Source: a virus (lineage: Duplodnaviria; Caudoviricetes). Taken from it: a stretch of DNA of 55,720 bases. The notes beneath the pieces are model-generated. The model was not told the origin of the DNA. It searched no databases and worked only from the letters and a program-made list of their open reading frames with translations. A program made the position numbers and the translations under genes. This document shows positions 45,794 to 54,479 of the stretch, one piece after another; the stretch's first letter is position 1, and every line of letters begins with the position of its first letter. The stretch is taken from the IMG/VR virus record IMGVR_UViG_3300022685_000009, positions 1-55,720 of that record. One strand, 5' to 3'.

Positions 45794-47099
45794 GGTTGAA
45801 TCTCCTATGTTGGCTGTTGAAATTGGGCAGAATGCCCGTGATTGTGCGCCGCAGGGCGCTTACCGGAACGCAACTGCTAAGACTTAGCAGCTGCACTCGG
45901 ATAAACGCCCGCCTCGGTGTGAGGCGGGCATCATCAATTCCGCATATTCGAAGCTCATTTTTACGTGGCAACCGGTGCGATTCGCAGCGAACATCCGTCT
46001 AGGGTAGTTGCCGGGCTCCGTCATCAGCTGCCAGCCATAGACTGGGGGCAAACGTAAGCGCTGTGATGGGCACTTACTGGGAGCTCGGGCATCCAAGCCG
46101 CAACAAGGGCCGGATGTTCGCTTCGCAGGGTTCAACCTGAGCATGGACTAACCCACCTTGCACCCGGCCCACGAAATCACTTCGTTGGCTACGCCCCGTT
46201 CTCCGGAGCGGCTATGTGCTTGATGGCACTTGTACCCCGCAGAAGCCGTCTCTGCGGTTGGCGGGACCGATGCTGCCAGCCTCGCCGCCCATCAGAAGAC
46301 CGCGCCGCGCCGCACGCGCACGCGTGAGGGCTGCTAAGACTTAGCGGCGTCATGCCTTCGGCATGGTCGGGCTCGAAACCCCGATTTGCAGGGCGACGCC
46401 GCCTCATTTCGGACCCTGCTGAGCGGCGAAGCCGCCGCGCCGTCCCACACGCCACACGCACAGGCTGAGCGGCGCTGGGCCTCGCGCATACGTATATATG
46501 CATGGAGTTCGGAAGCGGTCTTAGATTCCGCCTGACACACCTGATACCCCCCTTAGAGGAGCAAGAAAACCTTCTTTTTGCCCGTAGCCGCCGCGAAATC
46601 GGGTGTCGATCCAAAAGATTAGACGTTAGAAAACTCAGATTAGCGACGGTGTCGCCTTTGAAACCTAGCTGCCACGCGGCTTTCAGAGTTTAGTCGCCAA
46701 AAACCGACTAAAGTCGCGAAAAAATGATGTCCGACAAAAAACGAAAAAGCTATTTAACTTAAAACGAAAAACAGGTTAACACCCAATTTGACACCGTTTA
46801 AGTTAACAAAGCCTTGTACATATAAAGAATACAATTACACTACTTATATGTATTAACTAACTAAACTTAGAGCTGGCTGCCCTGAAACCCTCACTCTGCT
46901 TAGGTTTGAAGTTTAGCAGCCTTCTGCTTATCTTGGCCGAATCACTGCTTATCTTTCGTAAGTGGTTGATTTGCGGTATCCCACCGCCTGACGCCGCGCC
47001 ACCCTTGACTTTCTTAATTCCCTGTGGCCAAATACACGGAAGGCCCGGCTGCTACCAACAACCGGGCCTCCCTACCAACAAGGTCGCAAGGAGACCCCG
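45794..47099. other. Non-coding divergent control region (hairpin-dense part plus AT-rich part); candidate origin or genome end
   Basis: Strand switch point; no RBS-supported ORF; AT-rich 46680-46870. Confidence 0.6.
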
Positions 47100-47615
47100 A
47101 TGGATAAACCCACGCTAAACGACTTCTCAACCGCTGACAATCACGTGGACTTCGACGCCTATGAAGCCGCGAAGCTGGAGTACTACCGCTACCGAAAGAA
47201 GGTCAGGGAAGAGGGGCGTCGCATGGGGCGCCCGCCCAAGGTGTCGAATGAGAACGCCGCGAAACTGACGGAAGCCTACTTTGTAAAGAACCAGCGCGGC
47301 GACGCGCTTGAAGCGTTCGCTCGCGACGAGTTGGGGTTGAAGGTGTCCACTCCCACCCTGTATGCAACCATCACCCGGTTTGCTCAGGGGTCGGATAAGT
47401 TCAAAGGGTGCCGCCCCACCCAGCCGGGAGGTAACCCTTTGTTCAACGACTATCAGGCTATGCTGCTGGCGAGAGCGAAGGCCGAGTCCGGCCTGACGCC
47501 GCGAAAGATTCAACGTATGCTCACCGAGCGCTTTGGCGCTGAGCCAAGCAAAAGCCTAGTGAAGAACACCCTGAAGCGTGGCAAAGCCATACTGGAATCC
47601 CGAGGAGAACTGTGA
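47100..47615 (+). CDS. Tandem HTH DNA-binding protein (candidate regulator)
   Basis: GRPPKVS...GLKVSTPTLY and ...FGAEPSKSLVKNTLKR resemble two HTH units; AAGGAG RBS. Confidence 0.6.
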   Translation: MDKPTLNDFSTADNHVDFDAYEAAKLEYYRYRKKVREEGRRMGRPPKVSNENAAKLTEAYFVKNQRGDALEAFARDELGLKVSTPTLYATITRFAQGSDKFKGCRPTQPGGNPLFNDYQAMLLARAKAESGLTPRKIQRMLTERFGAEPSKSLVKNTLKRGKAILESRGEL

Positions 47616-47905
47616 TGACCAAACAAAAGAACGGCGGTATCTTCCGCGCTCGCTGCGCGGTGTCAGAGGTGACCTTCTACGCATGGCGCTACGATCCCAA
47701 CTTCCGCGACATGCCGCAGGGCTTCAAGGCGCGAACGTCCAGTCAGGGTCCGCAGGCGATACTGCCTCGCTCTGACGGGATTCACTGGACGATGGCGCCT
47801 TTTGATGTGGCGCTGAAGGTGGATGGGGGTGACTGGATTGCCCTCCCTGCTCAGGCGTTCGACGAGCTGTTTGAAGCGGTACCTACTAGGGGAGAAGCGA
47901 AATGA
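47612..47905 (+). CDS. Hypothetical protein
   Basis: GAGGAG RBS; overlap coupling. Confidence 0.65.
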   Translation: MMTKQKNGGIFRARCAVSEVTFYAWRYDPNFRDMPQGFKARTSSQGPQAILPRSDGIHWTMAPFDVALKVDGGDWIALPAQAFDELFEAVPTRGEAK

Positions 47906-48573
47906 GTGCAATGATGAAAGATGAGATGCCGGTGACGCAGGGGCAGATTGCTTTGCTGGAGGGGTACATTGAGGCCAAGCTGGCGGAGCAGGCCTTACAG
48001 GTTCAGGAGCTGGCGGACGAGAACAGCCGGCTCAGGAAGCAGGTCGAGACGCTTAAAAACAGGGTCGAGGTTAACGAGGTGACCGCAACCTGCTTCGAAG
48101 GAAGGGCTCCAACAAACGTTGTTCAGGATGACGTGATGACCTCGAAGGATATCCAGAACATGCGCGACACGCTCAAGGATATGAAGTCGAAGTGTTTGAA
48201 GTTTGAACCCAGCCAGTGGGTGAATGAGTGGGCGAAATACAAGCTCGCAAACCGGCCAGACCCCGAAACGGTGATCGACCGGTTCGACGACCGGTTCGAC
48301 GCCGAGAATTACACGGCTACAGGTCTGAGCCCACGGAAAAAAGCCATGGACCTAGTCGCTGACAAAAAGGCGTTGTACGAGGAACAAAACGCGATCTGCA
48401 AGGCGGCGGTCGCGTACGCCGAGGCCCAAGACGGGAAAAGCCTTGAGAAACTGGCCAAGTACGCAGAAACCCAAGGGCTTAAGCTGGTGTTCGCTAAGTC
48501 TGTAGTTGACTCTGAAAGCCCCTACATGGTCTCGGCGAACGGGGTGGTCATCTGGCCTACAGCGGAGGGATAA
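47902..48573 (+). CDS. Hypothetical coiled-coil protein
   Basis: ATGA overlap; GGAG RBS. Confidence 0.65.
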   Translation: MSAMMKDEMPVTQGQIALLEGYIEAKLAEQALQVQELADENSRLRKQVETLKNRVEVNEVTATCFEGRAPTNVVQDDVMTSKDIQNMRDTLKDMKSKCLKFEPSQWVNEWAKYKLANRPDPETVIDRFDDRFDAENYTATGLSPRKKAMDLVADKKALYEEQNAICKAAVAYAEAQDGKSLEKLAKYAETQGLKLVFAKSVVDSESPYMVSANGVVIWPTAEG

Positions 48574-48575
48574 GT

Positions 48576-48634
48576 TAAAACCCTAGGGTCTCTCCCACGA
48601 GGCCTAGCCACCTAGGTTTGACCCTAGGGTTTTA
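48576..48634. repeat. Perfect 15-bp inverted repeat TAAAACCCTAGGGTC / GACCCTAGGGTTTTA
   Basis: Directly visible; 29-nt spacer with two more CCTAG. Confidence 0.85.
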
Positions 48635-48733
48635 CAGGGGGCTTTCTTTTGGAGGCTCCCTGCCAACTCGTCGCTGTGCTATGCTCATAGAGCAACGATC
48701 ATCGCTGCACACCCACAACGCAGGAGGTCTACG

Positions 48734-49021
48734 ATGTCACACAAACGATCCACGCCCGAGTTCAAAGGCGCTGGTTTTACGCAACGCTACGCAAAGAAGC
48801 TTCAGTCCCAGTTTCGGCTGACGTGGTCCGCCGCGCTGGCCAAGGCCCAGCTGGAGTTAGAACCCGCGCCTTTTTCCACGGCCCCCGATGACCTTGAAGA
48901 CATGACGGTCTCGGAGCTGAAGGTACTCGCCTCGCAGGCAGGGCTGATTGGCTACAGCAACATGACCAAGGCCGAGCTGATCGAGCTGATCAACCACCCG
49001 CCGCCCCTGACTGACTCCTGA
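48734..49021 (+). CDS. Protein with Rho-N/HeH-like helical domain
   Basis: LEDMTVSELKVLASQAGLIGYSNMTKAELIELI; AGGAGG RBS. Confidence 0.7.
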   Translation: MSHKRSTPEFKGAGFTQRYAKKLQSQFRLTWSAALAKAQLELEPAPFSTAPDDLEDMTVSELKVLASQAGLIGYSNMTKAELIELINHPPPLTDS

Positions 49022-49191
49022 TGGCCGGTCACGGATCAAACCTAGGACTGAAACCCATCGGCTCTAGGGTGGACAAGTCCAACCCGAGGGAGTACCACCC
49101 GTGCCCGTGCACGCCGAACGAGCGGAACGGGCCGATGAAGCCCGACCGGCCAGATGATCTGAAAGGGTACAAGCCGTTTTCTGACCGGTAA
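49021..49191 (+). CDS. 56-aa hypothetical protein (not in ORF track)
   Basis: TGATG coupling; MAGHGSNLGLKP...PFSDR fills the gap to the next gene. Confidence 0.5.
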   Translation: MAGHGSNLGLKPIGSRVDKSNPREYHPCPCTPNERNGPMKPDRPDDLKGYKPFSDR

Positions 49192-49202
49192 GGGGCAAAG
49201 CT

Positions 49203-49907
49203 ATGGCGGGGCGTACGACACCAAAACAACTACTGCTTACAACCGCCATGGAGCTGGCGAAGTGGAAAGGTACCGCCCCTGCCGACGAGCTGGGGCCGGC
49301 GCAGTCGCTTATCGACGCGGTGGCAGCAGGCGACACCACTGAGCCTGTCTTAGCGCACCCCATGACCTATTGGGTGTCAGATCGGTTTAATGTGCCGTGG
49401 TCTATTGCCACTACAGGTAGCCTAGCCGCCGGAATCGGTGACGATACGATTGTCTACCCGCCGCTCACCGTGGACATTACCGCAGGCGCCAGTGGGGATT
49501 TCTATGGGTATGCAGACCCCAGCTCAACAGTTCCTGTTGGCGGTTCAATAACCCCAACTACATTTGATTTGCCGAACAATAGTGGATCGACGCTCTTAAT
49601 CGCGGCAACTACTTCTGATGTACTGGTTCCCGGTTTTACCGGCCCGTATGCGTTCTTGTTTGATTTTGAGCACCCGTCCGGGGTTGAAGAGGTAGATATT
49701 CAGGGCGTCCAAGTGTCGTTTAGCGGGAACACGATGTATCTGCCAAAAGACGCGGCGAACAGCACTGATAGCGTTACGGCTTTCGCGCTTGATGGCGCTG
49801 ACGAACCGCTGGTAGAAACCCTGCACCTAGCCTTTGTTGATTCGGCCAGTTCAGGGCCGCTGACCACCACGGTGTTCCTGACGTTCGAGTTCATCGCTAG
49901 GCCATGA
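49203..49907 (+). CDS. Putative virion structural protein
   Basis: T/S/G-rich beta-type composition; precedes tail fibre. Confidence 0.6.
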   Translation: MAGRTTPKQLLLTTAMELAKWKGTAPADELGPAQSLIDAVAAGDTTEPVLAHPMTYWVSDRFNVPWSIATTGSLAAGIGDDTIVYPPLTVDITAGASGDFYGYADPSSTVPVGGSITPTTFDLPNNSGSTLLIAATTSDVLVPGFTGPYAFLFDFEHPSGVEEVDIQGVQVSFSGNTMYLPKDAANSTDSVTAFALDGADEPLVETLHLAFVDSASSGPLTTTVFLTFEFIARP

Positions 49908-52900
49908 GCAACAACGATCGAGAGCTGAGAGGTCGGATAGCCGAGCTTGAGAAGCGGTTTCCGCAGGCTCCGCCTGAGAACCCGCCCGGTGTAGTCACCG
50001 AGGCGCCGCAGGACGGCGTTGACTATGTGCGGGTGGATGCCCAGTGGCGGGCCGCCGCCTATTTTTCAGGCCTGTGGGGTGACCTTGGCGGCGTCCCGTC
50101 CACTTTCCCGCCCTCCGCGCACACCCACGTCCTCGCAAACATCATTGACGCCGGTACGTTGGCTGGGTTTGACGACGCGCCCAGCGACGGAAACGACTAT
50201 GCGCGAAACAACGGGCGGTGGGTGCTGGTCTCGGGCGGAGGTTTCCCCGATGCCCCCAGCGACGGGAATGATTACGTTCGCCGCGATGCCAACTGGGAGA
50301 TAGCGAACTACTTCCCTGACGCCCCGTCGGACGGGAAAGAGTACGTCCGCCTGAACGGGGGCTGGGCGATAAACACCGGCGGCTCCGCGATGCCTGACGC
50401 GCCCAGCGACGGAAACGACTATCTACGTCGGGACGGAACGTGGGTGGTGGCCAACTACTTCTCCGGCGCATGGCGCGACCTTACCGGCGTACCTTCGGCC
50501 TTTCCGCCTGATTCCCACACGCACGCACTGGCCGACATTACCGACGCCGGCACGCTGGCGGCGGAAGACTTTCCGGCAGCGAGCAACGGGTTTTTCTTGC
50601 GCGATGACGGGACGTGGGCGCCGCCGGAGACCCGGATGAACTGGCGCGGCACATGGTCGCCGCTGACCTACTACGAACAGGACGTGGTCTACCAGAACGG
50701 TTACGCCATGGTCGCCAACAAGGAGACCACTGATCAGGCCGCGCCGACCGAGGTCGGACTGCCCGAGTACACACTCCCGGACGCCCCTATGTGGCAGAGC
50801 GTCCAGCAGGCTGCACGGATTTCCTCCGGCCACCTGTACGCCTTCACTACGATGGCCGAGGTGCGAGGGTTTCGGGTCTGGATACCGGCGGTCGGGCCAA
50901 GCATCGAGTACATCCTGACCTTTGTCAGAGACGGAGCGACCACACAGAAGGTAATTCTCAACCCGGTCATCGGCTGGAACCTAGTCCCTATCACCAGCAC
51001 CTTGTTCACTCCCGGTGCGCAGGTTCTGGCCTATCTGGAATCGGAAAACTCCAGCGGCAACACGATCATCACGGGCGGCTGGCAGCGAGGATCGAACAAC
51101 AACAATCGCGAGCCTGACAACCAGCAGTGGAACACGAACGTCCAGCAGAACGTACTACGTATTGATTTCAATGATGCCGACTCGGCTAATCGGCAGGCGC
51201 AACTGGAAAGCATCATCGCCGGCTCCACGATTGATTTCGTGGAGACCGCTAGCCCTGAAAACTTTGTCACGTTTCGCGTTACCGGGAACCCGACCACCGG
51301 CGCGACTTCGGTGATCTATCCGGTGCAGGTCACCAACACGGGCGCGGGCACGCCATCTACAGGTGATCTCACGACCATGACCGCCGACGTTCCGGTTGCT
51401 CAGCAGACGGAATTCGTGGGCATTGCGGACGGTTGGGCAGGCAACCAGCCGACATTTGCCGAAGTCACGTCGTACCTCGCCTTTGACGGGGTGGATCAAG
51501 GTGCCTCCTTGAACAACCAGTACGGCCTCGATCCACTGGTGCAGGAGCTGAACGCCAGCCCTGACTGGGACTTCCTGAGCGCCGTCGGCAGCGGTGGTGG
51601 CGGCGGTGGCGGTAGCTTCACCCCGGACATTTTTGAAGGTCCGGGCACGACGGGCTATGTTCCTGATCCCGTAACAGGGGGCAAACGTTACCTCGACGCT
51701 GACGCCAACTGGGGGCCGATTGATTACGACGATATCGCTAACACGCCAGACATTCCTACGGATTCTTTCTGGGAGGGTTCGCTGACAGGCAACATCAGCA
51801 ACGCTAATAGCGGCAACGTCGGTATGGGGACCAGCAGCCCGGTACGTCAGGCGCATGTGGTCAGCACTTCCAACTTCGTCATGCGTCTTCAGAGTTCCAA
51901 CGATTACTCGCTTATCGAGTTTCAGCAGGGCGCAAACAACATCTCGGTCGGGTCGAACCGGGGCGACTTTCAAATCCGCATCGCCAATGTTGGGCAGATG
52001 CTGATCAAGCAAGGCGCTCCGGCAGACAGCATCCACGTTGACGCGTCAGGGAATGTGGGCCTCGGCGTAACCAGTCAAGCGCAGCGGCTCCATGTTGACG
52101 GTGGCGCTAGGCTCGAAGACGGGGCTGTAGAGATACGCAGCCCGACGAATACCCCCCAGAGCCTGATCAGGACCGTAGACGCATCAGGCGCGAGTGTGGG
52201 GCAGTTGTCGGCACATGATTTTGACGGCGCTGGCGCTTCGACCGAGTGGCGCTTTGATTCTACAATCAAGAGCGTTCTCTTCCAGCAGGCTGTCCTGTTT
52301 GAGCCGCTACAGGGAAACGGGACCAGGAACGTCGTGGTCGATTCTACCGGCCAGATTGCTGCCGGTCCTTCGGTATCTGGCAGCGAGCCGTGGACCCCGA
52401 TAGGCAGTCTCAAGTATCGGATAGTCTGGGAAAACAACGTCAACGCAATAAACCGGGCCGCGTTCAACCTTGCGAGTAGCAACGCGACGACGATTATTCG
52501 CCTCGGCGGCGAGTCTATCGGCACGGACGGGGCGGACAGCGGCGCAGGCTCGACAGCGACCCGCCTCGCTAACGTGGTCCCCGGAGACCAGCTAAGGGTC
52601 GCCTCGGCAGAAGACCCCAGCAGGTACGCCTTGTACAACATCACGGCGATTACTGACGGGGGCGTTGATGGCAAAAACTACATCGTCGAGAGGACCGAAG
52701 GGGCCGGGCTGAATTCCGGGTCAGTCCCTGACGGTGAGCAGGTCATCGTGGACTTTGTCCCGAGGCAGCAGTCCGGAGAGTCTGGTACCGTCAACTGCGT
52801 GATCCGGTCCTCCGGCAACGCCAACCGGGGCAGCTTCACAGCGTACTGGGGCAGGACGGGTAGCGTGGTGTTCCTGTCCGGGATTGGCAACGCCAGCGGG

Positions 52901-53137
52901 ACATGGACCGAGATCGAGATACAGTCTCCGCCGTGGATGATGCGGACCAATACCCGTGGAGCGTTTACCGTTTCTGGCACATCAAGGGCAAACGGCTCAG
53001 GCACCTACGGCCCGGTCCGTGCAGCCGTGTACGATGTGGATAACAGGGTGAAGTTCAACAACAGTTTTAACGCGGGGGGTGATGACCATTACCAGAGCGG
53101 CCCGTGTAGTGTTCAGGGTAGCCTTTATGTGGAGTAG
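49904..53137 (+). CDS. Tail fibre / receptor-binding protein
   Basis: Five (D/E)AP.DG..Y.R...W repeats, two HTH (His-x-His) segments, GNVG.G motifs. Confidence 0.75.
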   Translation: MSNNDRELRGRIAELEKRFPQAPPENPPGVVTEAPQDGVDYVRVDAQWRAAAYFSGLWGDLGGVPSTFPPSAHTHVLANIIDAGTLAGFDDAPSDGNDYARNNGRWVLVSGGGFPDAPSDGNDYVRRDANWEIANYFPDAPSDGKEYVRLNGGWAINTGGSAMPDAPSDGNDYLRRDGTWVVANYFSGAWRDLTGVPSAFPPDSHTHALADITDAGTLAAEDFPAASNGFFLRDDGTWAPPETRMNWRGTWSPLTYYEQDVVYQNGYAMVANKETTDQAAPTEVGLPEYTLPDAPMWQSVQQAARISSGHLYAFTTMAEVRGFRVWIPAVGPSIEYILTFVRDGATTQKVILNPVIGWNLVPITSTLFTPGAQVLAYLESENSSGNTIITGGWQRGSNNNNREPDNQQWNTNVQQNVLRIDFNDADSANRQAQLESIIAGSTIDFVETASPENFVTFRVTGNPTTGATSVIYPVQVTNTGAGTPSTGDLTTMTADVPVAQQTEFVGIADGWAGNQPTFAEVTSYLAFDGVDQGASLNNQYGLDPLVQELNASPDWDFLSAVGSGGGGGGGSFTPDIFEGPGTTGYVPDPVTGGKRYLDADANWGPIDYDDIANTPDIPTDSFWEGSLTGNISNANSGNVGMGTSSPVRQAHVVSTSNFVMRLQSSNDYSLIEFQQGANNISVGSNRGDFQIRIANVGQMLIKQGAPADSIHVDASGNVGLGVTSQAQRLHVDGGARLEDGAVEIRSPTNTPQSLIRTVDASGASVGQLSAHDFDGAGASTEWRFDSTIKSVLFQQAVLFEPLQGNGTRNVVVDSTGQIAAGPSVSGSEPWTPIGSLKYRIVWENNVNAINRAAFNLASSNATTIIRLGGESIGTDGADSGAGSTATRLANVVPGDQLRVASAEDPSRYALYNITAITDGGVDGKNYIVERTEGAGLNSGSVPDGEQVIVDFVPRQQSGESGTVNCVIRSSGNANRGSFTAYWGRTGSVVFLSGIGNASGTWTEIEIQSPPWMMRTNTRGAFTVSGTSRANGSGTYGPVRAAVYDVDNRVKFNNSFNAGGDDHYQSGPCSVQGSLYVE

Positions 53138-53140
53138 ACC

Positions 53141-53476
53141 ATGAGTATCGAATATGCAGACAGAACCCGTAGAATCCTTGAGGGAGTACTTGGGGCGGAG
53201 CCGACGATTGATCAATACGAGTCGGCCTCGCAAGCGTTTTGGGTGCAAGACCCTTACCAGCTAAAGACCAAGCTATTCCCCGAGGTGCCGGAAGACCCGA
53301 GCAACGACGACCTGACCAAGCTGCACACAGAGACCGTGAAACAATTCCACCGGGGGCTGATTAACGCTGCGGCGGATACGATTGCTTTTCGTGACTTTGA
53401 GCAGGACATCATAGACCGTTCCGAAGAACTGAAGAAGCCGTTCGAAGACGAAGAGGTAGAACAACGATGCGACTAA
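53141..53476 (+). CDS. Hypothetical protein (possible fibre chaperone)
   Basis: GGAG RBS; directly after fibre. Confidence 0.6.
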   Translation: MSIEYADRTRRILEGVLGAEPTIDQYESASQAFWVQDPYQLKTKLFPEVPEDPSNDDLTKLHTETVKQFHRGLINAAADTIAFRDFEQDIIDRSEELKKPFEDEEVEQRCD

Positions 53477-54048
53477 TAATCACCCTGCTGGCAGGGATCG
53501 TGCTGTCGATGCCAGCACTTGCACAGGACGGGTGGTACTACGACCCCGTCACGCCTGACCTTGATAACGAGGGTGTGGTTCTGAACAGGGCCGGGGACGG
53601 TCTCGTGTTCAGTCTCTACAGCCACTTCGAGTCATGCTTTAGTGCTGACACCCCGCCTACCGTGTCGCCGCGACCACCCGAGAGGGAAAGCTGCCAGCCG
53701 GGCAGTCGGCCCCCTACGGTCTCACCACCGCCGCCAGACCCGCCCGGCCCTGTTGAACTGTCGTGCGACTGCGGCTTCCCGTTCTGGCTTACTGGTCTTT
53801 CGACCGAGTACGACCCGGAGCAGGGGCTGGCTAGCGGTGACATTATCTTCTCGCCTAACTTTGTCGAGGACGAAGGGGAAGCTATCCGGATCGGCACCTT
53901 CTTCATGGTGCTGGACCCAGCATCCCAGACCGTAGGGGTCGATATATCGTGGTCGCAGAATCCCTACTTCAACGAGTGCGCCCGAATCTACCGGGAGTAC
54001 CCGCTCGTGCGTCTGATCAATCCCGCTCTTACATCACCGGGCTGGTGA
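53467..54048 (+). CDS. Exported Pro/Cys-rich protein
   Basis: Signal peptide ending ALA; duplicated PPTVSP. Confidence 0.6.
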   Translation: MRLIITLLAGIVLSMPALAQDGWYYDPVTPDLDNEGVVLNRAGDGLVFSLYSHFESCFSADTPPTVSPRPPERESCQPGSRPPTVSPPPPDPPGPVELSCDCGFPFWLTGLSTEYDPEQGLASGDIIFSPNFVEDEGEAIRIGTFFMVLDPASQTVGVDISWSQNPYFNECARIYREYPLVRLINPALTSPGW

Positions 54049-54051
54049 GTT

Positions 54052-54303
54052 ATGCGCACCCGGTCTATTCCGGCAGTCCTTGTCTCCTGTCTGGCCGTGA
54101 CTGGGTGCGCTCTTTTTGACCGGGAAGGGAACGGTCTCATGGCGCAGATCATCTACGCCGAGGGCTGCATCCTGTTTGTCGAGGCCGAGAGTCTGGCGGT
54201 CCTTGAGGACTATCTCAGGGAGTGGGACTTCGCAAAAAACTGCGAGGTCCGGGTCACCACCGGGATCGGTGATGTAGACACACTGGTGCCGGGTTCGCCG
54301 TAG
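54052..54303 (+). CDS. Lipoprotein
   Basis: Lipobox-like VTGC after a hydrophobic stretch. Confidence 0.55.
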   Translation: MRTRSIPAVLVSCLAVTGCALFDREGNGLMAQIIYAEGCILFVEAESLAVLEDYLREWDFAKNCEVRVTTGIGDVDTLVPGSP

Positions 54304-54467
54304 TGGCATCTCGTGGCTGTCAGCGTTGTAAGAAGGGTGAGAAACCGATTGAGCCGGGGGGCCGGTGCTTGTACTGCGGCCACCAGCCCATCGACTGGTT
54401 TGAGATGGGGGTTATTCTGTCTGCTGCTGCGGCGCTGATCGCGGGGCTGATCTGGGTCAACCTATAG
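54303..54467 (+). CDS. 54-aa Zn-ribbon + C-terminal TM peptide (not in ORF track)
   Basis: TAGTG coupling; CQRC...CLYC then VILSAAAALIAGLIWV. Confidence 0.5.
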   Translation: MASRGCQRCKKGEKPIEPGGRCLYCGHQPIDWFEMGVILSAAAALIAGLIWVNL

Positions 54468-54479
54468 AGGAAGCGAGCT

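Larger units (their letters stand above)
38209..46347. repeat. Dispersed 17-bp palindrome YTGCTAAG-N-CTTAGCRR, 13 copies starting at 38209, 39958, 41141, 42280, 43209, 43770, 44166, 44411, 44826, 44898, 45202, 45874, 46331
   Basis: Each copy read directly; 0-2 deviations from CTGCTAAGNCTTAGCAG. Confidence 0.95.

Noticed and set aside
38209-46347. CRISPR array
   Set aside because: Intervals range from about 55 to about 1700 nt and contain genes; no cas operon; the Cas4-like gene belongs to the replication module
46788-46841. Strong rightward sigma70 promoter at TTGACA 46788
   Set aside because: No matching -10 at 16-18 nt; alternatives are weak
47100-47615. IS630-like transposase
   Set aside because: Only HTH-like parts; no DDE domain or terminal inverted repeats
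49904-53137. Diversity-generating retroelement or invertible fibre system
   Set aside because: No reverse transcriptase, template repeat or invertase seen
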